Shown one piece after another: positions 36,815 to 48,240 of a DNA stretch of 64,000 nucleotides. Source of the DNA: Chiloscyllium plagiosum (taxonomy: Eukaryota); NCBI RefSeq assembly GCF_004010195.1, contig NC_057732.1, forward strand, positions 39,531,916 to 39,595,915, written 5' to 3'. Made by a program: the position numbers and the translations under genes. The notes beneath the pieces were generated by a model. That model did no database searches, was not told where the DNA came from, and saw only the letters and a list, made by a program, of their open reading frames with translations. The number at the start of each line of letters is the position of its first letter. The stretch's first letter is position 1.

Positions 36815-38147
36815 TGAATAGCAGCTAATGTTCTGTTCAAAAAGGGATATGGGGATAATCCAGTAAACTAGACTGGTGAGTCTGACATTGATGTTTGGGA
36901 TGATATTGGAGAGAAATCTTATGGATAGGATTTATGCACACTTGGAAAAGCATAGACTAATTAGACCCACTCAGCATAGCTTTGAACAGGGTCGTACTTG
37001 ACCAAATTTTTTGAGGAGGTGATGAAGGTGATTAAAGAGGGTAGAGTAATGAATGGTCTATATGGATTTTAGTAAGGCTTTTGACAAGGTACCTCAGTGG
37101 AGGCTCATCTAGAATATTAAGATGTATTGGATATATAGTGACTTGGCTGCTTGGATTCAGAATTGGCTTGCCCTCAGAAACAGAGGGCAGTGGTGCAAGT
37201 GTGTTTTTCTAGGTGGAGGTCCATGACCAGTGGCATTCCCCAGGGATGGGTACTTTGACATCTGCTGTTTGGAAAATATATAAATGACTTGGATGAAAAT
37301 GTAGATGGGTGGGTTAGTATGCAGAGGATACAAAGATCGGTGAAGTTGTGGAAAGTGTAGAAGCTTGTCAAAGGATACCGCGTATGGGCTGGGAAATGGC
37401 AGATGGAGTTTAATCTGGGTAAATGTGAGGTACTGCACTTTAGGAGATCAAATGTTATGGAAAAGTATAGAGTTAATGGCAGGACCCTGAACAGCATTCA
37501 TGCACAGAGGGATCTATATGTTTAAATCCAGAGCTCTCTGACAGTTGGATAGGGTAATAAAGAAGGTGTTTGGCATACTTACTTTTATTAGTTGGGGAAT
37601 TGAGTCTAAGAGTCAGGATGTCATATAGCTTTATATCTGGTTAGGCTGCACTTGGAGTATTGTGTTCAATTCTGGTCCTGATGATACAGGAAGGATGTGG
37701 AGGCTTTGGAGAGGGTGCAGAATAAGTTTACCAGAATGCTGTCTGCATTGGAAGATATGAACTACAAGAAGAGGCTAGTAGAACTTGGATTATTTTCTCT
37801 GGAGTGGCAGAAGTTGAGGGGAGATTTGATAAAAGTCTCTAAAATTATGAGATGCACCGATACGATTGACAGAATTTTTTTCCCCCAGTGTTGAAATGAG
37901 GTGAAGGGGGCAAGTTCAAAGGAGATGTGAGGGGAAAGATTTTTTTTACACAGTGGTAGGAATCTGGAGTGAGGTGTTAGTGGAGGCAGATACATTAGGA
38001 GCGTTTAAGAGACTTTTAGAAAAGCACATTAACATTCAAGGAATGGAGGAATTTGGCAGTTAGAGGGGATTAGTTTAATTTGGTGGCATGTTTGGCATCA
38101 CATCATGGGCCAAAGGGCCTGTGTCTGTGCTGTACTGTTCTATGACT
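36815..38147 (+). mobile_element. Old CR1 LINE RT fragment
   Basis: Degenerate GATTTTAGTAAGGCTTTTGACAAGG (DFSKAFDK); ORF LERVQNKFTRML..LRGDLIKV. Confidence 0.85.
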
Positions 38148-38204
38148 ACTTATTAAAGTACACAAGCAATATCAAATGGCTATAGGGAAATCAGGGTGCA
38201 ACTA

Positions 38205-38415
38205 AAAGTTGAAGTCGCCATTGTCTTAACAGACCATAGGGTTGCTCTGTCATTAGAGAGACAACTGGTGGTAGTTTAACCTGGGGTTCTCCACACCTAT
38301 GGCAAAGGGTGAGAAGGAGATTCCTTCATGGTAATTTAAGTCAGTGCAAGAATTGAACCCAGGCTATTGGCATCACTACATTGCAAACCAGCCATTTAGC
38401 CAAGTGAACTAACCA
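38205..38415 (-). mobile_element. tRNA-derived SINE (same family as 3685-4220 and 60325-60450)
   Basis: Reverse B-box GAATTGAACCC and shared CAGACCATAG..TTTAACCTG..CTTCATGGTAA. Confidence 0.6.
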
Positions 38416-38904
38416 GTTTGTAGCATAGTTTTCACTGAATGACTGTAAAATGTGTGGAGAAGAAAAAAAGTGTTAGGTGGCAACAAAATATAGTTGATAA
38501 GGAAAATCTTTAGGATACTTCTGAAGGGATAAAATCTGGGAAGGCAGAGATTCTGGTGAGAATTTGGCAGAGCAAGTAATGCTGGCTAATAGTGGAATGA
38601 GGGGGTGAGACATGAACATAGAACATTACAGCACAGTACAAGCCCTTTGGCCCTCGATGTTGCATCAACCGTTGGAACTAATCTGAAGCCTATCTAACAT
38701 AACACTAATCCATTCTCATCCATTTGCCTATCCAATAATGTCCTTAAAGTTGGTGAGTCTACTACAGTCTATGACTGTAGGAAGTTGTGAGATCTTTAAT
38801 TCCATACTCTTTCAGATAGGACATGGCTCTGTAAGAGTATGGAATTAAAGACAAGAATCTTGACTTTGATATTCTGAGGATTATAATTCAATACAATTAA
38901 AGTA

Positions 38905-39950
38905 TTTACATAGAAGATAGGAGCAGGAGGAGGCTATTTGGCCCTTTGAGCCTGCTCTGCCATTCATGATTGTGGTTGATTGTCCAACTCAATAACCCTA
39001 CTTTCTCCCCTTAACCTTTGACCCCATTCGCCCCAAGTGCTATATCTAGCAGCCTCTTGAATACATTCAATGTTTTTGCATCAACTACTTCCTGTGGTAA
39101 TGAATTCCACAGGCTTACCACTCTTGGGTGAAGAAATGTCTCTCATTTTCATCCTATAGTCCACCCCAAATCCTCAGACTGTGACCCCTGGTTTTGAATG
39201 CACCCACCATCAGGAACAACCTGCCTGCATCTACCCTGTCTACACTGTTAGAATTTTATAAGTCTCTATGAGATCCCTCCCCCCTCTCCCACTTGTCTAA
39301 ACTCCATTGAAAACATTCATAACCTAGTCAATCTCTCTTCATACGTCAGTCCTGCCATCCCTGGAAATAGCCTGGTAAACCTTCGCTGCTCTCTCTCTCT
39401 CGAGAGAGAGAGAGCATCCGTTCTCAGAAAAGGAGATCAAAACTGCACACAATATTCTAGGTGAGGCCTCACCAAGGCCATGTATACCTGCAACAACACA
39501 TCCCTGCTCCTATACTCAAAATTTCTCACAATGAAGGCCAACATACCATTTGTCTTCCTTACCACTTGCTGCAGCTGTATGCTTACCTTCAGCAGACTGG
39601 TGCACAAGGGCACCCAGGTCCTGCTGCACACTCCCCTTTCCCACTTTACAGCCATTCCAGTAGTAATCTGTCTTCTTGATTTTGCTTCCAAAGTGGATAA
39701 CCTTGCACTTAACAGAATTATACTGCATCTGCCATTGATTTGTCCACTTACTCAACCTGTCCAAATCATGCTGAAGGTCCTTTGCATCCTTGTCACAGTT
39801 CACTCCCACCCAACCTGGTATCATCTGCAAACTTTTGAGATGTTACATTTTGTTCCCTCATCCAAATCATTAATATATACAGTATTGTGAATACCTGGGG
39901 TCCTAGCACTGATCCCTGTGGCAACCTACTAGTTACTGCCTGCCAATTTG
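38905..39950 (-). mobile_element. CR1 LINE RT/3' fragment
   Basis: Minus ORFs LQHDLDRLSKW..WQMQYN..KCKVIHFG and ALVRPHLEYCVQF. Confidence 0.88.
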
Positions 39951-41254
39951 AAAAGTGTTTGGTATCAATGTTGCTGCTTCTGGTAGAGAGTTGCTATAAT
40001 CCAGAATGAGCAACCTGAAAAGATACAATGGGACAGATTTTACAGTGATAACGTGAACATTTGCTCCAATGAAACTGATAGCCAACTCCTGGAATATGCA
40101 GAGGCATGGAAAAATGCTCAAAACACAGGCTCATTTCAGTAATTGTGTGCAGTTGAAGTATGCTGAAACTGCAATCAATGCAAAATTACTTTAATTGACG
40201 TCTCACTGCAGAAACTTGTAAGGTTGGATGAAGACTTAACTAATTGGGTATCCACAAATGACTGCTAATCGCCCTTGTTCGTTCTGATTAATAGCCAACC
40301 ATAATATTAATTTGCATAATCTCAAATAACGTATTTTATGTCAATAAAATATTTCTGATCTAATTGATTTTATCTAAAAAACTAAAAATAAGGAAAAAGT
40401 GTTGTAAGTGCTACCCAATACTCAAATCTAATTGGCTGTTTAGCTTGCTCACTGACTACTACGGGAATACGGTGGGAGAATCTCTTAGTGCTAGATTTTT
40501 TGACAAAGGGAATGGAAGAGATATGTGCCACACAAATTACCAGATTATGCTGACAGCTTTCTGCGAGTTTAGACACTGGCATGAGTTCGCTGATGGCAAA
40601 ACCTGGACCAACAGGAATTTACAAAAGGAAATTGGATACATAGCTGGAAATGAAACATTGTGCAAGACTATGGTCAATGATCAGAGAATTGGAACTAATT
40701 GAATAGACTTTCAAACAGCATGCACGATGGATTAAATGGTATCCTTTTAAACTATATGATTACGTGAAGTCTTTCTCGTTATGATTGCAGACATAGGAAT
40801 TTATAGTCAATAAGTCAGCAGGAAGAATCTGGATATTTAGGATTTTTCAGAAATCTCTGTGTAGTCATTCTTTTCCGCATGCATGCGTTAAAATAATGCA
40901 TGCAGTTGGACTCTACTTTTCCAAACCTAATCCACCTGTTGTGAATTTCCATCACTCTTCTATTTTAATTTCAGATTTGGAGTTTTCCAAATTTCTCTTT
41001 TCATTGACTGTAACAAAAAAGCTTGCCCAACTAGTCTTTTGTTTTTTTTTAATTGGGCGTTTCAATAAAGTTGAAGCACAACAAAAAAAAACTTCCAGAT
41101 TGAAATCAAAGAATCAGCAACTAGGTTAGATCTGTCTGCACCTTAAGTGCTATAAACTGAAGGGCAATGGGCCGTTTGAAGGAAAATGGGATGAGAAAGG
41201 GCACCGGGGTTTCTTTGGGTCGGCATGAACTAGATAGGCCGAATGGCCCCCTTC

Positions 41255-41497
41255 TACGCTGCATCATTTCTACGGTTGTAGTCTTTCTGGCTCCCTCCGG
41301 AACAGGAGGAAGGCGACGGAGAGACTACAACTCCCAGAAAGCCTCGCGGCCGCCAGCATGGAACTACAGCTCCCAGAAGGTATTGTGCAGTGGCGGCACA
41401 TGCGCCGTTCTTATAAATGTAGGGGGAGGGGGTCGGGACCAGCAGGTGTTGGGGTCGGTTTCTCTCCTCCGGGACTTGCGGCAGTTTCCGTTCAGTC
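41255..41497 (+). promoter_or_regulatory. CpG-rich promoter of the CAX gene with tandem ZNF143 (Staf/SBS) motifs
   Basis: ACTACAACTCCCAGAAAGCC at 41324-41343; ACTACAGCTCCCAGAAGG at 41363-41380; a third degenerate minus-strand copy at about 41259-41283; NRF1-like GCACATGCGC at 41396-41405; TATAAA at 41412-41417; G-rich box. Confidence 0.75.
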
Positions 41498-41561
41498 ATG
41501 TCGGAGATTGAGCAAGAGCCGGAGCTGGCCTTTCGGAGACGAAGCACCCAGGACGCATTGA
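41498..41561 (+). CDS. Type-2 cation/H+ exchanger (CAX) coding exon 1
   Basis: GTCATG start inside the CpG-rich region; MSEIEQEPELAFRRRSTQDAL; donor A|GTAAGG, phase 1, compatible with the downstream CAX exons. Confidence 0.7.
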
Positions 41562-41612
41562 GTAAGGAGCCGCATTTAATTATAGTGTCACCAGCTTAAC
41601 TCGCTGCCTTGA

Positions 41613-41630
41613 GGCGGCGGCGGCGGCGGC
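41613..41630 (+). repeat. (GGC)6 microsatellite in CAX intron 1
   Basis: GGCGGCGGCGGCGGCGGC. Confidence 0.9.
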
Positions 41631-42472
41631 TGGTCATGGTTGTGTGGGCGCTGACAGCTGCTGCTCACCCTCCCCAGGCAAACCAGCCGGCTTCCCAGGC
41701 TGCTGTCTGAACAGCTTGTCTGTGCATTTATCAGATCGTTTTTTCGTATTTATTTATTTATTTATTTTTCTAAAAAGAAAATTGCAATGGAGACATTTAA
41801 CTCAGTCCTTTGAGACCTTGAGGTTTTAATTTAACCTGGAAAAAAATGCTGTGATTTATTTTTGTCAAGGGAGTTGCACAGGTGTTTGAGCAGATTTTGT
41901 AGGGTTATGGGCACAAAGTGGGCATGGTGTGCAAATCCTGTGTAGTCTTGTCAAAGAGTCAGCACAAGCCAATGGGCTGAAATGTTTATCTTCTGTGCTG
42001 GAAGTTTCTATGATTCTATGAATGAAATTCTCAATTTCATGAATTGTAACCAGAGGGTACAGTTATTTTTAAAAAGATAGAAGGAATTGGGTAGGGATGA
42101 TCTAAAGCTGTTGTGCTGTGGGGTAAACTGGTCTGAAAGCATGACTGAAACAGATTAAATAATGGCTTTCAAAAAGGAACTGGATAACTAACAGGAGAGT
42201 GTTTTTGGGCAGTTGGGGGGTAAAAAGCAAATATGTAGAATTAATTGGATGCTTCTTTCAAGTAGCTATTATGAGCTGAACTGTTTCTTTTGTATAATTC
42301 TATAATATTGCTAATTACAATGTTAGTTAATATTCAGTGTTAATCTGTATCCCTACACTTTGGTTTTGAAGCTAGTTTGAATCTGTTTTATCCAAAGGTC
42401 ATTCTGAAACTTGGATAGATTTGTTTTTACTTTGGTCATACTTTCTGGTAAAGCTTCTGAATTTCTAAAGAG

Positions 42473-42605
42473 AAAATGAGGACTGCAGATGCTGGAGATA
42501 GAGCTGAAAAATGTGTTGCTGGAAAAGTGCAGGTTTTTGGGCATAAGCCCTTCTCCTCCTTGGATGCTGCCTGACCTGTGCTTTTCCAGCAACACATTTT
42601 TCAGC
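42473..42605. mobile_element. Penelope family A fold-back mini-element
   Basis: Arms AGAGCTGAAAAATGTGTTGCTGGAAAAG / CTTTTCCAGCAACACATTTTTCAGCTCT; 17-bp direct repeat TCTGAATTTCTAAAGAG at 42456-42472 / 42606-42622. Confidence 0.85.
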
Positions 42606-42689
42606 TCTGAATTTCTAAAGAGCTTGTCAGGTTAGACTTGAAAGTTCGATTGTCTGTCTTTCTTCACCTACTACCAGACCTGAGTTTTC

Positions 42690-43890
42690 TATAGGAGCAA
42701 GAATAAACCATTCAGCCCCTTGAACCTGTTCTGACTTTTAGTAAGTTATGGCCGATCTGTGGCCTGATTCCATGTATCTGCATTTGGTCCATATCTCTCA
42801 TGCTTTTTGCTTAACTAAAATTTATCTATCTACGTGTTTTTAAAAAAAACTGATCCAGTATCCACTGTTTGTGGAAGAGTTCCAAACACCTATCAACCTT
42901 TTGTTTACAGAAGTGCTTCCTGACATTTTTCCTAAATGGTCTGGCCCTAAGATTATGTTTCTGCTTCTAAAATCCCCAACAAGTGGAATTAGTGCATCTT
43001 TATCAACCCTGTTTTTTCTGTTCGTGTCTTGAACACTTTTTGGTCAGAACATCCCTTAACCTCCTAAATTTTAAATAAAACAGAATTGCTTTTTGAATAG
43101 TCACTCCTCAAATTTAACCCTCAAATTTAATATATCATTGGTGTAAGCCTACACCATCAACCCCGCCACCTCTCCCCTCCAGTGTGGTTCCGGATCTGCT
43201 CATCATCCTCCAAGTGGGGACTAATCAGGGTTTTGTATAACTGCAGGATAACTTTTGCATCCTTGTACTCTAGTCCTGTAGATATAAAGGCAGCATTGTT
43301 AGTTTTCTTGATCACTTTCTCCACCTATTTGTGATATTTTAAAGATCTATGCACTTGAACCCCCTTAATCTCTTTGAACATCTGTTTAAATTCATAATAT
43401 TTAGAAAATTCCCTGATTAATTGTTTTTCAGTCCCAAATAGGTAACCTCATATTTTCTTTCTTTGAACTCAATCTGCCACACTTTTTTTTTGTCCATTCA
43501 CTTAGTCTATCAATATCCCCTTTTAATTTTATGCTGTCTTCTGCACTGTCTACACTGCTGCCTAATTTTTATCATTAGCAAGTTTGGATAGATGACTTTC
43601 ATCCAAGTTGTTAATGTGAATAATTGAGGCTGTAACACAGATTCATGTGGGATACCACTGGTTATATCCTGCCTGTTTGAGTAGCTACCCTTAACTCCTC
43701 TTTGTTACCTGCCACTCAACCAATTTCAAGACCTCTTCAGTAATTTGCCTCAGTTCCGTCGGTTTCTACCTTAAGAGTCTCATATGCTGGACTTTATTGA
43801 TTTCCAGAAGATGTGATAAACAATATCACAAACATTCCTGTGTCACATTTTCAAAAAAAAATTCAATGAGGCGTGTCAAGCAGTACCTAG
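42690..43890 (-). mobile_element. Old CR1 LINE fragment
   Basis: ATAGGAGCAAGAATAAACCATTCAGCCC tail and degenerate RT-like sequence colinear with other CR1 copies. Confidence 0.6.
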
Positions 43891-46217
43891 CACTTGGTTT
43901 TTATGTCAGATCTCCGTCTTCTGTGTTTTGCTTTTATTTGAGCTGTGCTAATTTTCACTTCAAAAATTTTAATATATACAAACAACCTTTTTTAAGGTGT
44001 GGCAGTTTCATGGTAACTTTCAGCTGTTTTCAGTACAGTCCTGTGCTGTTTGATTCAATCTGTACTATGCAAAATGTTTTTAAATGCTTGTTCTTGGCTG
44101 ATTCTCCTACTGCCAGTATTTTGCTTTGTGCTGTATAAATTGTATCATGTTACAGCCATGCATGCAGAATTCCCAATCTTGTGTTGTGAAGAGACCTGAC
44201 AAAGACAAATGAACCAAGAACACTTTGTTTTTCATTCCACTGAAATCTTACCATTGTTACTGCAGTGATGTTAGACTTTGATCCTTCCTTCCATATTAGC
44301 TGATATTGTTGCTTGCTGGTTTTGTGGGGCAGAAAGTTGATCCTCTCCTTATGCCAGTTCTTGGTCCATCAACTCTTCAAATTTAAAGTACTCTCCTATA
44401 TATTCAAATGTGATACATGGTCTTGGATCTGTGGCCTCTAAATCTAGTGATAATTGGTCTCTTGCATATCTCTGACTGCCTTCACCTTTCTTCATGACCA
44501 AATCTTCAATTGCCTAGGTCTGGAGTGCTGGAACCACTCCCTCAAACCCATGTGCCACCATTTTCTCAGTTCCTTTGTTCCTCAAAGCTGACTTCTTCTT
44601 TTGGGGTTTCAGTCACGTGAACCTATTTTAGCTTTTGTGCAATCTTTTATTAAAGGTGCTATGTGCACATTTTGTGAAAAGAAGGGCTCAGTTGGTAGTG
44701 TTTATTTTGGAAGTCGGTATCATTGCCGTCTCTGAATAAATTTTGTGATTTGTTTGTGGAACTTGGGGATAACTTTTTTTGCTTACAAATTGTTTTTGTG
44801 AATGGGAACAGGAAGCAGTGAGATGTTTGTAGTTGAGCAGAGATATTTGCTTTTAAATATGATCTTTTTGTGCTTATTCAGATCTTTTTGATCTTCTCCT
44901 TCATAAGATACAGAAATTTAGAATGAGAACTAAACAGCACAAGAAACAATTCAGCCTCTCTAACTAACTATAAAGGTTATAATGAACTGCCACATAAGTT
45001 GGTTTTTAAACTGAAATTTATTATGAAGTAGCTTTGACTAGATATTTAAAATTAATCAAAGAACAAGTCCATGGTACAGTGAAGGGGTTTCAGAAATTCA
45101 AAGTAATTTTAATGGTAGATATTTTGAGAAACCATTATATTAAATGAAAAGCAGAGGGAGATTTTGAAGTCTAGCAGACAAATGAGTTGCACGCAGTTTT
45201 TTTCAGAAGCCTGGAATAGGGAAGGAGGGGGGTCCTGAAAGTGGAATAACCTCTTCAGTGATTGGAAGAAAAATAAACTATTTAAGTGGAGAACTAGTAA
45301 TTCTGGCAAAATAGTTTACATTTTTTTTCTAACTTGTTCAGGAGTGCATGAGGTGTAGATAATTTGCAATTTAAAAACATTCCATCTTATGGGAATCTAA
45401 TCTAATCTTAAAAAAACCTTGCTTTTGGCACCTCTTACAGTACTTTTGGAATGTTGTCACTCCTACACAATAGGAAACATGGCAACCGTTTGCACATAGC
45501 ATGCTTCAACAACCTACAGTGTTATAATGACCAGAATTTACATGGATTATTGAAGATAAATATTGGTCAGGGTTAATTCCATTTGTTCCATTGTTGGCAG
45601 CCAGAAAATTGTACCTCTGGCAGTGTATTCCTGGAGAATGTCAAACTGAATTTTGTGCTCAAGTGCATGGAGAGGGTTTTGAGTTCTCCAGAATTCTGAC
45701 TGAGTCAAGAACACTGAGCTATAGCAGGTAATGATCAATATTTCACATGGGCTTGCATTAGAAAGGACTTTGAGTCAGCAACTGGATATTCGTAAAATAC
45801 TTTTTAGGTTCATGAACTAATGAGCCACAGTCACCACCTCCATATTTCGCAATGCTGTGGACTGAGGTTTAACTGACGGTTTTTTTATTACTGTGGGACA
45901 TATAATTTTTAGGATTCTGTTAAGAATGACAAGAGGGCTGAGTTTATGTAGAGTCAAGAGAAACCATTTTTGCAGATATCATGAGACAGGAATTGGAAAT
46001 TAAAGAAGATAGATTTCCAAGGATTCCAGCAGCATTGTCACAAGGACGAATGTCTCTCATAATACTTGGTCACAGAGTAACAGCAATATGTCTATATTTA
46101 AGCCTGTTGCTGGCTGGAGTTATTCATGTCTGAGTTACAGAATCCTATAGTACAGAGACCTTTTGGCCCATTAAGTCTATATTGCCTAAAATATACAAAC
46201 TGCACGTCCCACTTTTC

Positions 46218-46296
46218 TGGTATAGGAGAATGGTATAGGAGAATGGTATAGGAGAATGGTATAGGAGAATGGTATAGGAGAATGGTATAGGAGAAT
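46218..46296. repeat. Perfect 13-bp tandem repeat (TGGTATAGGAGAA)x6
   Basis: Six identical units read directly from the sequence. Confidence 0.95.
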
Positions 46297-46780
46297 TCCC
46301 ACCTCAACTACCCTTCCAGGGAGTGGTATCATAGACTGCTGCATTTAGGGAAACAGCTGATTTCTATTATCCTCTTCATGCCCCTCTTGTACATCTCCAT
46401 CAGGTCCCTTCCCCCTCAACCTTCTCTGCTCCAAAAAGCACCAGCATCTCTTAGTGAAATGTGACATCCCAGATGATATCCTGGTGAATCTCCTTTGCAC
46501 CCCCTCTGTGCAATCATAGCTTGCCTATAGTGTGGTCTCCGGAACTGCATACAGTACTCCAGTTGTGGCCGAACACACATTCTGTACAGCTCCAACATGA
46601 CCACCTGCTCTTGTGATCTGTGCCACAACTGATTACAGGCAAGCATCCAGCATGCCTCCTTAACTACCCTCTTAACCTGTCCAGCCACCAAGCAAGTACC
46701 CCAGAGCCCTCTGCGCATCTTAGTATCTTGCCATTCATTGAGTACTTCCTTGTTTTGCTCCTTCCAAAGTGCGTCACCCT
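46297..46780 (-). mobile_element. CR1 LINE fragment (continues at about 47560-47670 and 48360-49000)
   Basis: Minus ORF VMLELYRMCVRPQLEYCMQF. Confidence 0.75.
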
Positions 46781-46794
46781 ATTTTGTCAGGGTT

Positions 46795-47555
46795 AATTTT
46801 TTAAATTCATCTGCAGCATGAGGATGTTGGTGGCTAGGCCAGCATTTATTGCCTATCCCTAATTGCTCAGGACAGTTAAAAGTTAACCACTTTGCTGTGG
46901 GTCCAGAGTCACATGTAGGCCACACCAGGTAGGGATGGCGATTTCTCTCCCTGAAGGACATTAGTAAACCAGATGGGTTTTTCCAACAATTGGCAATATA
47001 TTCATGGTCACCATGAGACTCTTAATGACCCTCTCTCACTAGTATCCTCACTTACGAGTGAGGAAGGACACCACTTCGATTGGGACAATACATCCATCCT
47101 AGGACAAGCCAAACAAAGACTCGCGAGAATTCCTAGAAGCTTGGCATTCCAACCGGAACACACTCAACAAACACATCGAGTTAGACCCCATCTACCACCA
47201 CCTGAGAAAAGGAACAGGAAGTGACTTCACCACGGGAAATGACATCACCAACCCAAACCTATAAATAGAGAGCTGGAATTTTCAGCATTGCTTCACATGA
47301 GGTCCATTGAAGATGTTAGCTAGTAAGGTAAAAAAATGTCTGGAAATGAACCTTTCAGTTCAGCGAGCAAACCTACATCCAAAACCTCAACCTGAGCTAC
47401 AAATCTTCTCAAAACTCGCTAAGACTTTTTTTAATGCCAGATTTTTATTGAATTCAAATTCTACCAACTGCTGTGGTGGGATTTGAACCCTGGTCCTCAG
47501 AATATTAACTGGGTGTTTAGATTAACAGTTCAGTGACAATAACACTAGGCCATCA
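46795..47555 (-). mobile_element. tRNA-derived SINE interrupted by a Penelope fragment
   Basis: Reverse B-box GGATTTGAACCC at about 47479-47490; its 3' tail matches the LINE tail at 54733-54800. Confidence 0.7.
47027..47420 (+). mobile_element. Penelope-like (Poseidon-type) 3' fragment: endonuclease C-terminus plus pseudo-LTR
   Basis: LSLVSS..EGHHFDWDNTSILGQAKQR / REFLEAWHS..LNKHIELDPIY; flanked by AGACTCTTAAT / AGACTTTTTTTAAT. Confidence 0.75.
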
Positions 47556-47669
47556 CCACCTCAAATTCCATGCTATTGATTTGCCCAATTCATTTATATC
47601 CTCCTGTAACTAACACCTTCCTTCTTTCTGTCATCAACCTGGCCAATCTTTGTGTCATCCGCAAATTTG

Positions 47670-48026
47670 ATAGAATCCCTAGTGTAGAAGCAGGCCATTT
47701 AGCAACCCCCACACCCACCCTCCCCACCCCGATCTACATGATCCTGCGAAGAGTATCCCACTCTGCATCTCCCTACACTACCTGTAACCCTGCATTTCCT
47801 ACGGCTACTCCACTTGGCGGGTCCCTGGACATTATGGGCAATTTAGCATGACCAGTCTACCCAACCTGCACATCTTTAGACTGTGGGAGCAAGGCAGAGC
47901 ACCTGGCAGAAACTCATGTAAATGCTGGGAGAATGCAAACTCCACACAGACCATTCTCTCGAGGCTGGAATCAAACTCCAGTCCCTGGCACCGAGGTAGC
48001 AGTGCTAACTACTGAGCCACCATGCC
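47670..48026 (-). mobile_element. HE1-like V-SINE (shark SINE)
   Basis: Minus strand begins GGCATGGTGGCTCAGTAGTTAGCACTGCT, followed by the V-domain-like TGTGTGGAGTTTGCATTCTCCC..CTCCCACAGTCTAAAGATGTGCAGG. Confidence 0.85.
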
Positions 48027-48098
48027 ATCCTTTTCTTTAAATTTGTACTTTAATGATTTACAATCAACCTGTTAAGTATTATGACATATGTCCAGTAC

Positions 48099-48240
48099 AC
48101 TTGCACATCTTTGGACCATGAGAAGAAACACACCGACATAGGGAGAATGGTGGAATTTGCACAGACAGTTACTGGAGGCTGGGATTGAACCTGGGTCCCT
48201 GACACTGAGACAGCAGTGCTAACAGCTGAGCCACTGTCAC
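48099..48240 (-). mobile_element. Second, truncated HE1-like V-SINE
   Basis: Minus strand GTGGCTCAGCTGTTAGCACTGCTG..GGTTCAATCCCAGCCT. Confidence 0.75.

Noticed and set aside
40880-40904. Small hairpin TGCATGCGTTA-AAA-TAATGCATGCA
   Set aside because: An 11-bp stem built on self-complementary TGCA words; expected by chance.
46218-46296. CRISPR-like array
   Set aside because: Direct tandem repeats without spacers, no cas genes, vertebrate context.
47960-48026. tRNA gene (also at 6791-6860 and 60330-60380)
   Set aside because: These tRNA-like heads continue into SINE bodies and do not form a full cloverleaf.
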